This document shows, in pieces, positions 27,602-37,382 of a DNA stretch of 64,000 nt. This stretch comes from an uncultured virus (IMG/VR IMGVR_UViG_3300036944_000233) (taxonomy: Duplodnaviria > Heunggongvirae > Uroviricota > Caudoviricetes). Below the pieces are notes generated by a model. That model had not been told where the DNA came from. It was given only the letters and a program-made list of their open reading frames with translations, and made no database searches. Both the position numbers and the translations under genes were made by a program. The stretch lies in the IMG/VR virus record IMGVR_UViG_3300036944_000233. The stretch is one strand, 5' to 3'. Each line of letters opens with the position of its first letter. Position 1 is the stretch's first letter.

Positions 27602-27831
27602 TTTTCCCCCTCGTATTTTTTGGCGGGTGCGGGATGAATGAACGTACCCCCGTATATGTGCCCCCGTGGCTCATTAAGAAACACACGGTCATTCAGTGTT
27701 TTGTCGTTCTGGAAAAACTGTGGGTGTGTATCTTGCATAGACTTAACTACGGAATCCAAGTTTCTGGGCGTGGCTTCGCGTAGTTCTGACTGTAAGTACA
27801 GGGGCAAAAGGGAATGGAATGGATGGCTCAT
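27598..27831 (-). CDS. hypothetical protein
   Basis: ORF with RBS, coupled. Confidence 0.6.
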   Translation of the reverse strand: MSHPFHSLLPLYLQSELREATPRNLDSVVKSMQDTHPQFFQNDKTLNDRVFLNEPRGHIYGGTFIHPAPAKKYEGEK

Positions 27832-27867
27832 GGTTTCTCCTTGGGTTAAAAAAGCGCTTCTGGTAAA

Positions 27868-28107
27868 TCAATCGTTGGGTTCAGTTTGTTTTGGCTGTGC
27901 ATCCAGATCAGTACTTGTGCGTCTGCTTGGTTGAACGGCCACCACTTGTTTTCTTGCAGGGCGCGGCATTGCTCCATCTGTGATTTGCTCCACTGTGGTA
28001 AACGTGTGAAGGTTGCCGCATTCTTTTCTTCTCCATATGGAATTAGATGCTTCATGCTTTCTGGTCTCCAGTATTAGTACCCATGCGTTGCATATAGGAC
28101 ATTTCAT
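27868..28107 (-). CDS. NrdR-like zinc-ribbon protein
   Basis: MKCPICN...LETR...RRKECGNLHTFTTVE; its 3' part overlaps a second plausible ORF (27846-27977). Confidence 0.65.
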   Translation of the reverse strand: MKCPICNAWVLILETRKHEASNSIWRRKECGNLHTFTTVEQITDGAMPRPARKQVVAVQPSRRTSTDLDAQPKQTEPND

Positions 28108-28304
28108 AGGCGGGCCAAATCTCTCTCCAGTTTGGATAGCAATTGGTTCCATGTTTCATAGTCACTCAGCCCGTTAAGCGCGTCTACCATATCCTTGGCC
28201 GAGTTTGTAACCCGTTCGAGGTCGGCAATACGTGCCTTCAGTTTGCGGTTCTCTGCCTCTGCGTCAGCAAGGGCAAGGTCCAAGTTTCGTTCTTCAGCGT
28301 TCAT
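28104..28304 (-). CDS. hypothetical coiled-coil protein
   Basis: Coupled ORF. Confidence 0.6.
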   Translation of the reverse strand: MNAEERNLDLALADAEAENRKLKARIADLERVTNSAKDMVDALNGLSDYETWNQLLSKLERDLARL

Positions 28305-28633
28305 TTGATTTCTTTCCTTTTGATTTGCGCTTGTGGCGGCTCGTTGGCAAGCCAGACCGTGTAGCTCTTGGTTCGGTGGTCTTTGAGTTGTCTAAAAGAC
28401 ACTTTGTCCTTAACACCCCTGTTGTTAAGGAAGCGTTGCATCGACCTTCTAACGCTGTCAAACTCTTGTTCTGGCACCACCATCGCCTGATTGAATTCAA
28501 GCAGGGTCATAAACTTGGCGTCATACTGCGTTACTCCCTTGCGCTTGGTGTTGACCTGCGGGATCGGGACAAACCGAATCACTTCTTCCTTGGTGAAGAT
28601 GTTGGTGACCGGGACAAATCGAGTTGCTGTCAT
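28301..28633 (-). CDS. hypothetical protein
   Basis: Coupled ORF. Confidence 0.6.
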   Translation of the reverse strand: MTATRFVPVTNIFTKEEVIRFVPIPQVNTKRKGVTQYDAKFMTLLEFNQAMVVPEQEFDSVRRSMQRFLNNRGVKDKVSFRQLKDHRTKSYTVWLANEPPQAQIKRKEIK

Positions 28634-28944
28634 GTGTTCAGCTCCTTGAGTTTGGCTTCAATGGCAACAATAAAATCTGCCGTAGTCATATGGCTATACC
28701 GAAACTCGTGCTTTTGCTCATCCGTCAGCCCTACCCAAGGCCGCTGTCGCCGTGACTCAGCTAGCGCATCTGACAGGATTTCCACCTGTTTGTTGGTGGC
28801 ATCAAGTTCTGCTTGCAGGTCAGGTGCTGCAAGGGCTTGCTTGATGGCGGTGATGGAATCTCGGGTAAGGCGCACTGGTATGTAGCCGTCCTGTTCGCAA
28901 ATCTCCAACGCCTCCAGCGCCAGCTTCAGTGCTTCTTTGCTCAT
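28630..28944 (-). CDS. hypothetical phage protein
   Basis: EALKLALEAL...WVGLTDE...AIEAKLKELN, a pattern common in proteobacterial phages. Confidence 0.7.
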   Translation of the reverse strand: MSKEALKLALEALEICEQDGYIPVRLTRDSITAIKQALAAPDLQAELDATNKQVEILSDALAESRRQRPWVGLTDEQKHEFRYSHMTTADFIVAIEAKLKELNT

Positions 28945-29150
28945 GCGTCCTCCCATTTTTGTGAAACACTGCACCAGTAGACCGGGTGGCAGTCAATGAT
29001 GATGTGACCAGCCACGATGTCATCCACTTGGCCGCCAAGCTGGTAGTACGCGCCGTCCTTGATGCCCAGCAGGTACTCGTCGGGCGCAAGCTCAACCGTC
29101 ACCCTGCGACCACGCTTAAGTGTCGCTACTTCGTCTTTGATCGTTCTCAT
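28941..29150 (-). CDS. hypothetical protein
   Basis: Coupled ORF. Confidence 0.6.
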   Translation of the reverse strand: MRTIKDEVATLKRGRRVTVELAPDEYLLGIKDGAYYQLGGQVDDIVAGHIIIDCHPVYWCSVSQKWEDA

Positions 29151-29275
29151 TTCTGTTGCTCCTTAAGTAAGGTTCCAATGAATTTGCTGCACCTCGTGCA
29201 TTGGTACAGGTAGTGGTTGGGTCTGCGCCAAGCTATGCCAAATGTAGTCGGCTCCCATCGGTGTTTGCAGTTCAT
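29147..29275 (-). CDS. 42-aa Cys/His-containing protein (not in the ORF track)
   Basis: MNCKHRWE...YQCTRCSK; ATGA overlaps at both ends. Confidence 0.55.
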   Translation of the reverse strand: MNCKHRWEPTTFGIAWRRPNHYLYQCTRCSKFIGTLLKEQQK

Positions 29276-29571
29276 GCAATGTCTCCGTAATCCCATTGGT
29301 ACCCGCATCGCGGGCAGTGGATGCGGTCGTTCAGTAACTGGAACAGTTGGTTCTCACACACCCGGCAAGTCCACACTTCAGACCCCGGTGCCGGTGCGAC
29401 ATCAAACTTGCTACGACCGCGCATGCTCTTGCACTCGGGGCACTCGAACTCCATGGTGCCCAGCTCCCACACGGCGGTCCACTCGTGGTCGCATGCTTGG
29501 CAGAAAAGCTCTCCAGCTACATGCGGCTCACGCTCTTTTTTGGCCTTGGCGAAGTCAATAATGTCAGTCAT
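29272..29571 (-). CDS. double zinc-ribbon protein
   Basis: Four CxxC pairs. Confidence 0.7.
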   Translation of the reverse strand: MTDIIDFAKAKKEREPHVAGELFCQACDHEWTAVWELGTMEFECPECKSMRGRSKFDVAPAPGSEVWTCRVCENQLFQLLNDRIHCPRCGYQWDYGDIA

Positions 29572-29759
29572 CTGTTCTCCGAGGGTACAAATTTAAAGGC
29601 TTTGTTTGCGTTGATAAGCCCGTAGGGGCTGGCGGTAAAGTTATGACCCTTGTAGCAGTCATAACAGTATTGCGTTGGCGACTTGATGTCGCACTTGCAC
29701 TTGCGGCAGAACTTCCACGGCTTGCGCTTGATGGCTTTTTCGCGTTCTTCGGGGGTCAT
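29568..29759 (-). CDS. small zinc-finger protein
   Basis: CRKC...CYDC. Confidence 0.6.
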   Translation of the reverse strand: MTPEEREKAIKRKPWKFCRKCKCDIKSPTQYCYDCYKGHNFTASPYGLINANKAFKFVPSENR

Positions 29760-30046
29760 GCTTGCCCCCTGTCTCGGATGGCGTCAGTGCAGGCGTCAAT
29801 GCCGCGCATTACACGCTCATCAAGTTGCAGCAGGCTTTGCTGCTCACACACCTTTGCACACGCCTCACGCTCGGCTTCAACAGCCTTGGCGATATGTTCA
29901 TCCCACCGCAAACTTCGTAACTCACGCTCATCAGCACGGACAAGAACGGCAAAGCGATTGAGGGCCTCTACAAAACTGTTGTGGTCTTTGCCAAGTCCAT
30001 ATGTATCAAGCCAAGCCTCACGGGCCATATCTATCGTGGTTTTCAT
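29756..30046 (-). CDS. hypothetical phage protein (paralog A)
   Basis: RFAVLVRADERE...AEREACA...AIRDRG. Confidence 0.7.
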   Translation of the reverse strand: MKTTIDMAREAWLDTYGLGKDHNSFVEALNRFAVLVRADERELRSLRWDEHIAKAVEAEREACAKVCEQQSLLQLDERVMRGIDACTDAIRDRGQA

Positions 30047-30369
30047 GTGTTACCCCTTGCTCGGATGGCAATCTTGATCGCTTCGGCGTGGCCGTTGCTG
30101 TCTAGCTCGTAGTCAACAATGTCACACGCAGCTTCACGCTCTGCCTGCACAGCCGCCTCACGCTCGGCCAGTATCTCGGCTTTGTGTTGCTTTTTCAGCT
30201 TCGCAATGTGGCGCAGGTGCTGGTCACACACTTGCTCCCACGCCTCACGCTCATCAGCACGGACAAGAACGGCAAACCGTTGTAGTGCGTCAACAAATGC
30301 CAAATGGTCTTTCCCAAGACCGTACACATCGAGGCGCGACTCACGCGCAAATTCGATTACGTCTTTCAT
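30043..30369 (-). CDS. hypothetical phage protein (paralog B)
   Basis: RFAVLVRADERE...AEREAAC...AIRARG. Confidence 0.7.
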   Translation of the reverse strand: MKDVIEFARESRLDVYGLGKDHLAFVDALQRFAVLVRADEREAWEQVCDQHLRHIAKLKKQHKAEILAEREAAVQAEREAACDIVDYELDSNGHAEAIKIAIRARGNT

Positions 30370-30521
30370 GCCATGGCCCCCCGCATTTCCCAACCGAGTT
30401 GGAAGTACGCCCAACGTGTTTGAAGACCCGGATTCGTGTATTTCCCGGTATCAGACATACAAAAATCTCTGTAACCCTTGGTCCTCATGATGGCTTCAAA
30501 CACCTGTTTTGCGCTGGTCAT
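30366..30521 (-). CDS. hypothetical protein
   Basis: Coupled [13 protein letters not shown]... Confidence 0.55.
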   Translation of the reverse strand: MTSAKQVFEAIMRTKGYRDFCMSDTGKYTNPGLQTRWAYFQLGWEMRGAMA

Positions 30522-30697
30522 ATGAGTGCCTCCACAATTATCAGTACCGCGGTGATCAGCCACCAGCAAAATGACACGGCAGTAATTAACGTGATGGTGC
30601 CCATTACCACCGTGAACGTCACATTGCCGACTGATAAGGCGCTTTCTTTGTGCGGGCAGTCGCGCCCTTGAGCGCAGTTGTTGTTACAGCATTTCAT
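30518..30697 (-). CDS. small membrane protein with Cys-rich N-terminus
   Basis: [15 protein letters not shown] followed by a hydrophobic segment. Confidence 0.55.
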   Translation of the reverse strand: MKCCNNNCAQGRDCPHKESALSVGNVTFTVVMGTITLITAVSFCWWLITAVLIIVEALI

Positions 30698-30873
30698 GAG
30701 TGCTCCCCCTTCGTTTGCTTTTCCAATGAAACCCAACCAAACCTTTTCCAAGTACGTTGTACGTCGGTATCGGACGCGTTGTGATACTTAAAATTTCTGT
30801 CGAGGATGCTAGGGCGTACCTCGGTTTGCGGGCGGTGGTGTTGATTTACCACTTTCAACTTGCGCTGTTTCAT
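30694..30873 (-). CDS. 59-aa hypothetical protein (not in the ORF track)
   Basis: MKQRKLK...[24 protein letters not shown] overlaps at both ends. Confidence 0.6.
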   Translation of the reverse strand: MKQRKLKVVNQHHRPQTEVRPSILDRNFKYHNASDTDVQRTWKRFGWVSLEKQTKGEHS

Positions 30874-31772
30874 TTCGTCTCTCCTTCTATAACATTTGTT
30901 ATGTTTGGCTCGATGATTACGAATGTGTTTGCTCCTGCCCTCATACCTGAGTCAGATACAAACTGCTCGGCCTCGATAAGTTTAAGCATACCGATTCGAC
31001 TACGTACCCACTCAGGGAGTGTATTGTCGTCACAAATTTCAACTCTGTCTTTGTGTTCCACTACGTACGTATTCCCACGCCTAGTAACAACAGCGCCGTT
31101 CTTTTGCTGGCCTAGCACTTGTTGTACTTTGACAATAGTCTTCATGTCTTCTGTGGTTTGCTCTACTACCTCACGTTTTTCAATAAGCATACTATGCTCT
31201 TGCGGGGGGTAGTTGTCTTTGACATACGCCATGAATGTATCAAACCCAACACCCATAACGTACTTGTGGGCCGCACGTCTGACAATCTCGTCGGCGGCAC
31301 CTTTCTCTCGCTCCTTGTTCCACGCGGCGGTCTGCGCAATCTTCTTCGCATCCTCACGCGATACTTCTGCTAATTCTTGCGCATCCCTTGGACCGAACAT
31401 CTTCTTGACCTTGGCAATCGCTTTGATTGCGTCCTTGGTCTTGTAACAGTTACTACGCTCCATCTTGGATTTGATGCGGTCATTGCTCACACAGATTTGG
31501 TAGTCACGCCCCTCATACCTGCGCGAGATTTCACCCAAGCGTTCGCCATCGCACAACACTTCAAACTTAGTTAGCCACACTGCGCCTTGGCTAGTCATGC
31601 TCTGCTGCCCCTCCCCTACGAACCTCCATAGTGGGTACAGCACTGCCAACTTCGCAATCACTGGCTCAAGCATAGGGTGCACATAAACTTTGTCTATCGC
31701 AACCTTGTGGGCGCTAATAAACTTTTCCATGTCATTTTCCAACATCACGTTGTTGAAATTAATTGCGCTCAT
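30870..31772 (-). CDS. hypothetical protein (300 aa)
   Basis: Long ORF with [18 protein letters not shown]-terminal block. Confidence 0.75.
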   Translation of the reverse strand: MSAINFNNVMLENDMEKFISAHKVAIDKVYVHPMLEPVIAKLAVLYPLWRFVGEGQQSMTSQGAVWLTKFEVLCDGERLGEISRRYEGRDYQICVSNDRIKSKMERSNCYKTKDAIKAIAKVKKMFGPRDAQELAEVSREDAKKIAQTAAWNKEREKGAADEIVRRAAHKYVMGVGFDTFMAYVKDNYPPQEHSMLIEKREVVEQTTEDMKTIVKVQQVLGQQKNGAVVTRRGNTYVVEHKDRVEICDDNTLPEWVRSRIGMLKLIEAEQFVSDSGMRAGANTFVIIEPNITNVIEGETK

Positions 31773-31775
31773 TAC

Positions 31776-32318
31776 TTAGTTCTCCTCTTTCACAAATCGT
31801 TCATTCACGCCCAGCTCGCGCCGAACCTCATCTGCTACCTTGTTAAACCACCCCTCGATGATCGGGTCCGCCATATGGCGTAGGTTGTACTCATTCGTTT
31901 TGTTGCGCACAATGTCCTGTATCTCTTTGTGCAGGGCTTTCTTGGCGTCTTGCATGATCTTGCTCTTCAGCTCGGTCGTCAGCACCTCAGCCACAGCTTC
32001 GTTGATCCACTGCTTGATGGTCTCCTTCGCGCTCTCAGCCAAGTACTTTGTGATCGGTGACTCACGGTTATTGCAATGGTCAACCTCCCACTTACCACCC
32101 CACCTGTCCTCCAACCCTAACAACTTGAGCGTGACCTGCCGCTTCTGTGCGTTCAAGTCATTGATAATCTGCTCCGTGACCGACTCGGCGTGTGCGTCAT
32201 TGGCCACCTCAGTGACTGCCTGTACGAACTTAGCCTTTAGCACTGCGGCCATCTCCGCTGGTGTCATCGATGGGGTTGGTGGGGTCACCTCGGGGGTTGC
32301 CTTCTTACGTGTTGCCAT
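31776..32318 (-). CDS. hypothetical protein
   Basis: ORF with RBS AGGAG. Confidence 0.7.
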   Translation of the reverse strand: MATRKKATPEVTPPTPSMTPAEMAAVLKAKFVQAVTEVANDAHAESVTEQIINDLNAQKRQVTLKLLGLEDRWGGKWEVDHCNNRESPITKYLAESAKETIKQWINEAVAEVLTTELKSKIMQDAKKALHKEIQDIVRNKTNEYNLRHMADPIIEGWFNKVADEVRRELGVNERFVKEEN

Positions 32319-32328
32319 GTATTTCTCC

Positions 32329-33183
32329 TTACCAATTGAACTTGTTCAAGATCGCATCGACCTTGGATTTCACTTCGCTACGCGCTGTTGAGTCTTCCTT
32401 GATACTCTCAAGGTTTGCACCCAGCATCGTCAGCTCCAACTGTTTACGCGCCTCCTCCAGCTTGGGGTCCTTGGTCACGTTCAGCTTCGTTAGCAACTCA
32501 CACAGCTCCAGCGGGTTGGTGATCAGGGTGTCGTGGTATCGCTTCTTCTCATCACCGTGCTCGGTGTCAGTCAGCTTCTCAGAGATACCCACTAGCATCG
32601 TATGCAGACGTTCCCACGGTGCCCGCATTGCCTCGGCCAGCTTCTCGTCTTGCTGGGACACGAACTCAGCTCGCATCTCTTCCAAGTCATTCGCTGGAAT
32701 GTCCAGTCGGAAGTCACCTGCCTCGGGCACAGGCTTCACCGTACGGCGAAACCCGAACTTCAACATAACATCTGTTATGTCTGGGTAGTCCTCAGCTTTG
32801 TACAGTCGGCCAAGATTCACCTGCGCCTCCTGCACCAGTCGTGGGTACTCGCTGAAAAAGTTCTGGCACATCGTCTCGAACGTCTGCTCGTAGGCGTTCA
32901 TGGTCTGCTTGTATTCCATGAACAACGCAGTCGGTAACATGCGCTCACCCTTGTCCGCCCATGGCAGGGTACGTTGGTTGTGGTACAGACGAATCCGAGC
33001 CGCCAACTTCTCGATGTCCTTGCGCAAGCCCGTACCTGCGAACAAGTTCTTCTTGGTCTGTGATGCGTCACGCACTGCTGATGCGTCCGTATTCACTTGG
33101 GCCGTAGTCTCACGATCAATCTTCGTGGCGGGCCACACACTGATGTTCAACTCAACTAATAACGCTGATGCACTGATGCTCAT
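32329..33183 (-). CDS. DUF3150-like helical protein
   Basis: LVELNISVW...TLPWADKGERMLP...LNVTKDPKLEEA; lies in the AAA/vWA cluster. Confidence 0.65.
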   Translation of the reverse strand: MSISASALLVELNISVWPATKIDRETTAQVNTDASAVRDASQTKKNLFAGTGLRKDIEKLAARIRLYHNQRTLPWADKGERMLPTALFMEYKQTMNAYEQTFETMCQNFFSEYPRLVQEAQVNLGRLYKAEDYPDITDVMLKFGFRRTVKPVPEAGDFRLDIPANDLEEMRAEFVSQQDEKLAEAMRAPWERLHTMLVGISEKLTDTEHGDEKKRYHDTLITNPLELCELLTKLNVTKDPKLEEARKQLELTMLGANLESIKEDSTARSEVKSKVDAILNKFNW

Positions 33184-33184
33184 T

Positions 33185-33388
33185 TCATTGCTCCTTCAAA
33201 AGTTTGATAAATCCAATTGCCGTTTGGCGGTCGCTAACAATTGTTAGCGTTTTAAACAGCGGGTGTGCTGTGCTGTGATCGTCTGTTACCACGGCCCAAG
33301 ATTTGTCCGATATCTTCCACAGGCCGTATTCCCTTGTGTACGTAGCTGGGTTGTAGAACCACTCGATGTTCGCCGCAGATATAGCCAT
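33185..33388 (-). CDS. small early protein (paralog family)
   Basis: C-terminal SDRQTAIGFIKLL. Confidence 0.55.
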   Translation of the reverse strand: MAISAANIEWFYNPATYTREYGLWKISDKSWAVVTDDHSTAHPLFKTLTIVSDRQTAIGFIKLLKEQ

Positions 33389-33389
33389 A

Positions 33390-34601
33390 TCAATCCTTGA
33401 TATGAATCGTTTTGCCGTTCGGTGCCACGTCAGTGTTGCCACCCACGATCACCCATAGCACTTGGGCTGGCCAGTCATTGCCCCAGTCACTACCAACGTA
33501 TCCGTCAGTGAGCATGATCACGCACTCAGGCTTGATCTTCTTGTCGTTCAGATACGTTGATACACAGCTCGGGCTTGTGCCCCCGCCGCCTTTCGGTCGG
33601 GTAGAGGTAATAATGTTGGCAACGTCATGCTCGGAATACTCCTCATGCCCCGCTACACGCCCGTCCCAATAGATCAGATCAACCTTCTCGGGCTTGACCT
33701 CCTCGGCAATGCCTTTGACTTCGGATAAGAACTCGGCCAGCTCCTTGCCGCCTACTGACCCTGACGTATCTACACCAATGGTGAGATGGCCAACTTTCTC
33801 GCCAATCATGCTCGGCATGTACACGCCCGTGCTCAGGAACCTACGATTGACTCTGCGCCAGCTCGATGTGTCCTTGGCACTGCACGTAGCTTTGACGAAC
33901 TCACGCAACACTTCACGCCAGTCAACTTTGGGCTCAAGCAACTGCTCCAACTCGCGATTCGATAGACCAGTTCCCTTGCCTGCTACCTTCTCATGCGCCA
34001 TGAGGCCCTGACGGATAGCTTGGTCAACGTCACGCTCCAGCTCTTTGACCTCCTCGGGGCTCATGCCTTGGGCCTCAGCCCAGTCATGTATGTCCATGCC
34101 TTCGCCGTCTTCACCGCCACCGCCACCGCCACCGTTCTCTTGCTTCTCCTGCTTGAGAATGTCGAACACTTGCTTGGTACTCATGCCACGGAACCGCTCG
34201 TCACACAGGCCCATCTGCTTACCCTTCATCGGGCCATCGCGATAGATCGGCATTGCGATCGTACGGTTGTTGGGGTCCAAGTCCTTGAGCATCAGGTTGA
34301 TCACGTAGTCCATAGCGTTGTTGGCTAGTCGTGCATCCTCATCATGTAATCGCTTCCACGTAGTCAAGTGGCGGTACATCTTGTGCCCTGCCTCGTGTGC
34401 CACAACAAAGTTAAGCTCTGACTCTTTGAGTGATTGTATGAACTTGCGCCCATACCGTTCGTCTCGTCCGTTGGTGCAAGCCGTTGGGATGTTGTCATCC
34501 ACCCGTGTGCTACCCACCATCATCACACCAGACAGCAATGCGAACTTGGGGTCGCGCATCAGGCTGATCTTTGATTTTTGCAGTTTCCGTTCTTCAACCA
34601 T
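33390..34601 (-). CDS. DUF2201-type metallopeptidase plus vWA domain protein
   Basis: TACTNG, AHEAGH, NNAMDYVIN; MIDAS motif DTSGS; GGGT; LTDGY. Confidence 0.88.
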   Translation of the reverse strand: MVEERKLQKSKISLMRDPKFALLSGVMMVGSTRVDDNIPTACTNGRDERYGRKFIQSLKESELNFVVAHEAGHKMYRHLTTWKRLHDEDARLANNAMDYVINLMLKDLDPNNRTIAMPIYRDGPMKGKQMGLCDERFRGMSTKQVFDILKQEKQENGGGGGGGEDGEGMDIHDWAEAQGMSPEEVKELERDVDQAIRQGLMAHEKVAGKGTGLSNRELEQLLEPKVDWREVLREFVKATCSAKDTSSWRRVNRRFLSTGVYMPSMIGEKVGHLTIGVDTSGSVGGKELAEFLSEVKGIAEEVKPEKVDLIYWDGRVAGHEEYSEHDVANIITSTRPKGGGGTSPSCVSTYLNDKKIKPECVIMLTDGYVGSDWGNDWPAQVLWVIVGGNTDVAPNGKTIHIKD

Positions 34602-34630
34602 ATCTAATCTCTCTTTCCATCTAACATTTG

Positions 34631-34837
34631 TTATCCTTCATTGCCAATCTCGACCACCTTCATGGCCGCTTCAAACGAATCAAACACACCGAGAATCTCG
34701 GTCGGACCTTCGTCAGTGTCCGCGCTTCGCATGACAAACGCCCTTCCGGTCGCCGTCAGCTTCTTCATCTGGGTGTAGTAATCACCCGGTGCGTCAGTAG
34801 GTATAACCTCCCGCCACACCCACAGTTTTTTGGTCAT
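34631..34837 (-). CDS. small early protein (paralog family)
   Basis: C-terminal FDSFEAAMKVV; stop codon lies in a palindrome copy. Confidence 0.6.
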   Translation of the reverse strand: MTKKLWVWREVIPTDAPGDYYTQMKKLTATGRAFVMRSADTDEGPTEILGVFDSFEAAMKVVEIGNEG

Positions 34838-35043
34838 GCCGTTTCCTCCTCTATTGAGTTCATCAACTTACACACACCAAGGGCTTCATCCCTGCTCTCG
34901 TATGCGGCCAACACCTTGTGCCCCTCCCAGCGGTCACACACTCGCCATCGCACGATGGTGGTCTGGTACTCAGTGCTATGCGACTCCCACAAAAGGCAGT
35001 ACCTATGCAAGTACCCACGCTCGTTTGTATACTCATCGCTCAT
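34834..35043 (-). CDS. small early protein (paralog family)
   Basis: C-terminal YESRDEALGVCKLM. Confidence 0.6.
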   Translation of the reverse strand: MSDEYTNERGYLHRYCLLWESHSTEYQTTIVRWRVCDRWEGHKVLAAYESRDEALGVCKLMNSIEEETA

Positions 35044-35324
35044 CGCTTCTCCTCCTCTGCTGTTAACAGCATTGATACAAACCCAAGCACGGCGTAGTAG
35101 TCGTGCCCTTCATACAACACCTCACGGGGCGGTGACTCGTTGATGCTTGGTCGGTGACCCCACCTGATCAGGGTGAACTGATACTCTGGGTACTTCAGGT
35201 TAAACATCCTCTGCCCTATGTCCAACTGATAGCCCCAGTTGAGGAGCTTGAGCCTCTCCAATTTCCACTCAAGCTCCTCCCACCCGAGCGGGTAGTTCCG
35301 CATTGCAATGCTTGCGTACAGCAT
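35040..35324 (-). CDS. small early protein (paralog family)
   Basis: C-terminal GHDYYAVLGFVSML. Confidence 0.6.
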   Translation of the reverse strand: MLYASIAMRNYPLGWEELEWKLERLKLLNWGYQLDIGQRMFNLKYPEYQFTLIRWGHRPSINESPPREVLYEGHDYYAVLGFVSMLLTAEEEKR

Positions 35325-35548
35325 CAGTCCCCCTCCGGTAGTAGTAACTTGAGCATGTTGTTCAGCTCCTCTTGGGTGTCGAACTCGTGAACGCGCTCGA
35401 ACTTTTCGCCTACTCGGTACAGCACATACTTGGGTACGCCTTTGTAAACGTACCTACCCACTGAGTAGCCAGCTTTGTAGAGTCTTTTGTAGGCGGACGT
35501 CTCCACCTCCACCCACCCGTTGTCTACCTTGACCTCTCTGGTGTTCAC
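35324..35548 (-). CDS. small early protein (paralog family)
   Basis: GTG start overlapping the HNH stop (GTGA); C-terminal FDTQEELNNMLKLL. Confidence 0.55.
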   Translation of the reverse strand: MNTREVKVDNGWVEVETSAYKRLYKAGYSVGRYVYKGVPKYVLYRVGEKFERVHEFDTQEELNNMLKLLLPEGD

Positions 35549-36141
35549 AGCAGGTCCTTTCCATTCTTGTGCCGCCAATAAATCGTGGGGTACGGCACAC
35601 CAAGTACCTTTGCCCATTCCGTCAGAGTACGCTTCTCGCCCTTGAACTCCACTACGCTGTCGCGCAGTCTCGTCCGTCTAGGTTCAAACAACTCGGGCGG
35701 TTGCTCCCCCTTCTTCCAACGACTGTTGATAACTACGTAGGGCAAACCGAGGTGGTCGGCCCACTGCGAAAGAGTCATTGCCTTACCATCGTGCTCAACG
35801 ATTGTGTTGGTCACTCTGTTGTTAGCCTGTTCTTTCCTCGTTGCCCACCTAACATTTGTTGGTTCGTAGTTACCATCGTTGTCGATGCGGTCGAGTGTCA
35901 TCCCCTCGGGCTGTACCCCTACGTCAGTAGCAAAGACAGCGTAGTCATCCACCCATGCTTGGTGCATAGTGATTCCCCGCCCACCATACCGGTGGTAATG
36001 CTTGGACTTTGGGTTCAAGCATCTGTCTTTGATTCCGCGCCACAAGTGGTAGAGCGGATTAGCCCCACCCTGTCTTGCCCCCACCGTACCGCCATGCTTT
36101 TTGCGTTGGCGGTTGGCCTCAGCTACTTTTTCATATCCCAT
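35545..36141 (-). mobile_element. free-standing HNH homing endonuclease gene
   Basis: RCLNP...YGGRGI...TLDRIDNDGNYEPTNVRWAT plus two C-terminal HTH-like repeats; own extended -10 TGtTATAAT at 36168-36176. Confidence 0.85.
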
Positions 36142-36188
36142 GATTTGCTCCTGTAAGTGAAGGCTGTATTATAACAGCTCCTTTAATC

Positions 36189-37253
36189 CTACAACAAATC
36201 TTGGTTTTTGGCAACCCAGTCGGCAAACGCTTTGCATGAGAACGCAACGGCTTGCTTGCTCTGTGTCTTGGCGATGTTGATCGCAAACACTGCCTGCCAC
36301 TCGGGACTGAATCGCTCCAAGTACTGCATGAATGGCGTGATTGTTGTTTTATCGATACGGGCAATCGCTCCAAAGATTACGATCGCACACGCACCGGGGG
36401 ACGTGGGAATCTTGGTGTTCTTCGGGTCCTTGGTAGTGGCTTCCCACGTAGGCAGTTGATCAGCGAACTCGATGTACGCTTGCATGTCCCGTGCGCCTGC
36501 TTCACCAATCGCACCAGTCAACGCACTGATCACAGTCTCAGGGTCATTGACACCGCGAGACTTAACAATGTTAGATGCAGTCTCGAGCGAACGAGGCGAC
36601 ACAAACGCGTTCTGCGTTTTGCGTGGGTTGTAGATGTAGGGGTTCTCGTTCTGCGCCCCATCGGTATACGATGCAAGCACTTGCGGGAATTGATGCACCC
36701 ATGCACACACCTCGGGTGCGATGCCCTTGGGCATGGCCCACTCAAGCCACTCTTCCGCACTTGGCTTGGCAATCGTCACGGGGACCAGTCGGTTGCGACT
36801 GTGCGCTTTCAATGAGTCACCCACACCATCGGTGGTCAAGTTGCCCGTCAGAAACACCACGGTGTTCTTGTCCAGCGAGATGTCACCGAGTCGGGGGTTT
36901 GCCTTCTCAAGCATGGGGTGAAGCATGTTCTTTACGGGGTCGGCACCCTTGGTGAACTCGTCCAGCATGATGACCAGCGGCTTGCCGTTCTGCACTTTGA
37001 ACCGTGCGTTGGGGTAGTAGCGGGTAGTCTTGGTGTCGTGGTCGATCACAGGCATTGCGATGTCGCCCAAGTCCATGTTGGGTACGTCAATATACGCATA
37101 GTCGTAACCAAGGCCGTTGGCGATGTTCTCGAGCAGGGATGACTTGCCGATGCCGGGCTCGCCCTGCAACAAGAACCGAGTCTCGGGGTTGGACTTGATC
37201 AAGCCAGCGGCTTGCTTGAGGGTGATGCTCTTACCAAAATTAATTTCAGCCAT
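36189..37253 (-). CDS. MoxR/dynein-related AAA+ ATPase
   Basis: GEPGIGKS, MLDEFTK, TGN, RNR, SPRS. Confidence 0.88.
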   Translation of the reverse strand: MAEINFGKSITLKQAAGLIKSNPETRFLLQGEPGIGKSSLLENIANGLGYDYAYIDVPNMDLGDIAMPVIDHDTKTTRYYPNARFKVQNGKPLVIMLDEFTKGADPVKNMLHPMLEKANPRLGDISLDKNTVVFLTGNLTTDGVGDSLKAHSRNRLVPVTIAKPSAEEWLEWAMPKGIAPEVCAWVHQFPQVLASYTDGAQNENPYIYNPRKTQNAFVSPRSLETASNIVKSRGVNDPETVISALTGAIGEAGARDMQAYIEFADQLPTWEATTKDPKNTKIPTSPGACAIVIFGAIARIDKTTITPFMQYLERFSPEWQAVFAINIAKTQSKQAVAFSCKAFADWVAKNQDLL

Positions 37254-37353
37254 TTCTAATACTCCAAAGTTTCTGATGATTTGCCCGACATAACATTTGT
37301 TATATTTGCCGGGGCTTGGTTGCATTCAATGGGTACTTTCCCACTGAACTTAT

Positions 37354-37382
37354 ATTGTACCACAATCAATTGACAATGTCAA
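37354..37382 (-). promoter_or_regulatory. strong sigma70-type early promoter
   Basis: TTGACA-17-TACAAT with TGTGG extension. Confidence 0.85.
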
